From contig CAVRCJ010000001.1 in assembly GCA_963719515.1 (NCBI GenBank), positions 128,001-192,000 on the forward strand: 64,000 nt of DNA, read 5' to 3'. Each line of letters opens with the position of its first letter. The stretch's first letter is position 1. Below are positions 61,948-64,000 of this stretch, piece by piece. Origin of the DNA: an uncultured cyanobacterium. GTDB taxonomy: Bacteria; Cyanobacteriota; Cyanobacteriia; CAKZMO01. Below the pieces are notes generated by a model. That model saw nothing but the letters and a program-made list of their open reading frames with translations, was not told where the DNA came from and made no database searches. The position numbers and the translations under genes are program-made.

Positions 61948-62415
61948 ATGGCCACCAATCGTCGAGTTGCGCGGGTTGCAGAATCGATCAGGCGCGAGGT
62001 CAGCCAGATGCTGTTCTCTGATATTAAAGATGATCGCGTAGGGGCAGGTATGGTGAGCGTGACGAATGTCAACGTCTCTGGCGACCTGCAGCACGCCAAG
62101 GTATTTGTCAGCATCTACGGCACCGACGAGGCCAAAGACCAAACCATGGAGGGGCTCAGAGCTGCGACGGGCTATGTTCGTAGAGAGCTAGGGCGGCGGA
62201 TTCGCCTGCGCCGCACCCCCGAGGTCTTGTTTGTTGAAGACCGAGGGCTGGAAGAGGGCACCCGCATTATTTCGTTGATTAACCAGCTCAGCCGCGATCG
62301 CAAGCCAGATAGTGAGCTAGACGGCGAGCTAGGAGAGGGCGAGCAAGATGCGGCCCAAGATGCGGCCCAAGATGCGGCGCTAGAGGTCGACAGCATTCCC
62401 ACCGCTGAGGACTAG
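61948..62415 (+). CDS. rbfA: Ribosome-binding factor A
   Basis: [29 protein letters not shown]. Confidence 0.96.
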   Translation: MATNRRVARVAESIRREVSQMLFSDIKDDRVGAGMVSVTNVNVSGDLQHAKVFVSIYGTDEAKDQTMEGLRAATGYVRRELGRRIRLRRTPEVLFVEDRGLEEGTRIISLINQLSRDRKPDSELDGELGEGEQDAAQDAAQDAALEVDSIPTAED

Positions 62416-62420
62416 GGGAC

Positions 62421-63986
62421 GTGCTTTCAGACTGGCGATCGCTTCCTCTCTCTCAGCAGGTGGCCCAGCTGATCGTGGCCCGGGCCTCGGGCCACCTGTT
62501 TGACCACCAAATTGCCTACCCCCATTGGGAGCCGCCCCAAGCGGTGCTGCACCAGTGGGTGAACGAGCTCGGCATCGGCGGCGTGATTTTGTTGGGCGGG
62601 TCGGCTGCTGAGGTAGCCCAACGGTGCGCTCAGCTGCAGCGCTGGGCTCCGCTGCCCCTGCTGCTGGCGGCTGATATCGAGGAGGGGGTCGGGCAGCGAT
62701 TCGCCGGAGCCACCTGGTTTCCGCCGCCCATGGCCATCGGGGCGATCGCCCACAAGAGCCTTGAGCGGGCCAGAGGCTACGCCCGCGCGCTGGGGTCAGT
62801 AACGGCGCAGGAGGCGATGGCTCTAGGGCTCAACTGGGTGCTGGCTCCGGTGGTAGACGTCAACAACAACCTCGACAATCCGGTGATCAACGTGCGGGCC
62901 TTTGGCGATGACCCCGCCACCGCCGCTGCCCTAGCCGTCGCCTTTATTGAAGGCGCTCGTGCCCACCCCGTACTCACCACCGCCAAGCACTTCCCTGGCC
63001 ATGGCGACACCGACGTCGACTCCCACCTAAATCTGCCCACCATCCACCACGACCGCGATCGCCTAGAATCTATCGAGCTGCCTCCTTTCGAAGCGGCGAT
63101 CGCCGCTGGGGTCGACAGCATCATGAGCGCCCACCTCCTCGTTCCTGCGCTAGATCCACAGCGGCCCGCTACTCTCTCGCCCAAAATCTTGACCGGGATG
63201 CTGCGGCAGGACTTGGGCTTTGGCGGCATCATCGTGACCGATGCCCTGGTGATGGGGGCGATCGCCCAAAAATACGGCACGGGGGAAGCGTCGGTGATGG
63301 CCCTTGAGGCGGGGGCAGACGTGCTGATGATGCCCCTGGACCCGGTAGAGGCAGTAGAAGCGGTGTGCAGCGCGGTAGCCTCGGGGCGAATTGCGCCTGA
63401 GCGCATTCACCAGTCGCTGGAGCGGGTTTGGCGTAGCAAAGCGCAGGTTTGTGGCTCTCCTGTTAGCCCCACCTCTAGCCCAATATGGGAGCAGCTCTCT
63501 CAACCTGCCGCCGCCGTCACCGTCGCTCAGATTCTAGAGCAGTCTTTGGAGCGACAGGGCGAGCCGGCTCCCTCAGTGAAGGAGGGCCACAACGTGATTG
63601 TGATCGACGATTGCTTAGCCTGCGACTTCTTAGACCGGCAAGCCCCCGCCGTCACGCAGCCAGCGCAGCAGGGCTACAGCAGGCTACATATCGTAGATGC
63701 TCGCTGTCCCCCGCCGCAGATTCCCGGTGCTGCTCCGGTGCTGCTGCAGCTGTTTGTGCGAGGCAACCCGTTTCGCGGCAGCGCTAAACTCCTAGATGAG
63801 CGCTGGCAAGCCTTAGTCACGCCTTCTCAGCTGCAGGGAATTGCTGTTTATGGAAGTCCCTACAGCTGGCGGCGGGTGCGCAGTTCCCTGCCCAATACGC
63901 TGCCGGGTGTCTTTACCTACGGCCAGATGCCCGCGGCCCAGGCGATCGCTCTAGAGGGTTTGTTCGCTGGGCCTCAGTCTAGCTAG
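62421..63986 (+). CDS. Glycoside hydrolase family 3 (NagZ-like beta-N-acetylhexosaminidase)
   Basis: ADIEEGV, APVVDVN..NPVINVRAF, KHFPGHGDTDVDSH, IMSAH, VTDALVM. Confidence 0.9.
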   Translation: MLSDWRSLPLSQQVAQLIVARASGHLFDHQIAYPHWEPPQAVLHQWVNELGIGGVILLGGSAAEVAQRCAQLQRWAPLPLLLAADIEEGVGQRFAGATWFPPPMAIGAIAHKSLERARGYARALGSVTAQEAMALGLNWVLAPVVDVNNNLDNPVINVRAFGDDPATAAALAVAFIEGARAHPVLTTAKHFPGHGDTDVDSHLNLPTIHHDRDRLESIELPPFEAAIAAGVDSIMSAHLLVPALDPQRPATLSPKILTGMLRQDLGFGGIIVTDALVMGAIAQKYGTGEASVMALEAGADVLMMPLDPVEAVEAVCSAVASGRIAPERIHQSLERVWRSKAQVCGSPVSPTSSPIWEQLSQPAAAVTVAQILEQSLERQGEPAPSVKEGHNVIVIDDCLACDFLDRQAPAVTQPAQQGYSRLHIVDARCPPPQIPGAAPVLLQLFVRGNPFRGSAKLLDERWQALVTPSQLQGIAVYGSPYSWRRVRSSLPNTLPGVFTYGQMPAAQAIALEGLFAGPQSS

Positions 63987-64000
63987 CCTCAATCGACAGA

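Noticed and set aside
1..64000. Very frequent GCGATCGC palindromes
   Set aside because: HIP1, a well-known genome-wide cyanobacterial feature; used only as a taxonomic clue.

Overview
GC-rich cyanobacterial chromosome segment, with abundant HIP1 octamers (GCGATCGC) plus chlP, an Hli protein, an OCP C-terminal-domain homologue and a phytochrome. Housekeeping genes (recN, thiS, chlP, lpxD, rlmD, mscL, queG, ald, rbfA, GH3) are interleaved with accessory blocks: (i) a coupled P-loop ATPase + TPR/STAND/WD40 pair; (ii) a signalling cluster with a biliverdin-type phytochrome, two single-domain response regulators, a kinase with an ethylene-receptor-like sensor lacking the Cu-binding Cys, and a REC-PAS-GGDEF-EAL gene; (iii) a triple-TIR-WD40 gene followed by a papain-like protease carrying a peptidoglycan-binding-like insert; (iv) an LRR-Roc-COR-TIR gene cleanly split by an IS4-family element (13-bp IRs, 10-bp TSD); (v) a giant G8/beta-helix/PKD/acidic-repeat/RTX-like protein; (vi) a mobile-element cluster at 51.5-54.3 kb. 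The most striking structure, which the ORF track does not show, is nested three deep. A 393-bp ORF-less IS200/IS605 derivative, with intact end hairpins, a putative internal promoter and a probable omegaRNA scaffold, sits inside the maturase/HNH coding tail of a 5'-truncated group II intron. That intron fragment sits in the loop of a hairpin in the leader of a small gene. The predicted guide would match uninterrupted copies of the intron. Three long genes each carry a single +1 frameshift, which may be assembly error. All family calls come from motif recognition by eye; no searches were run.
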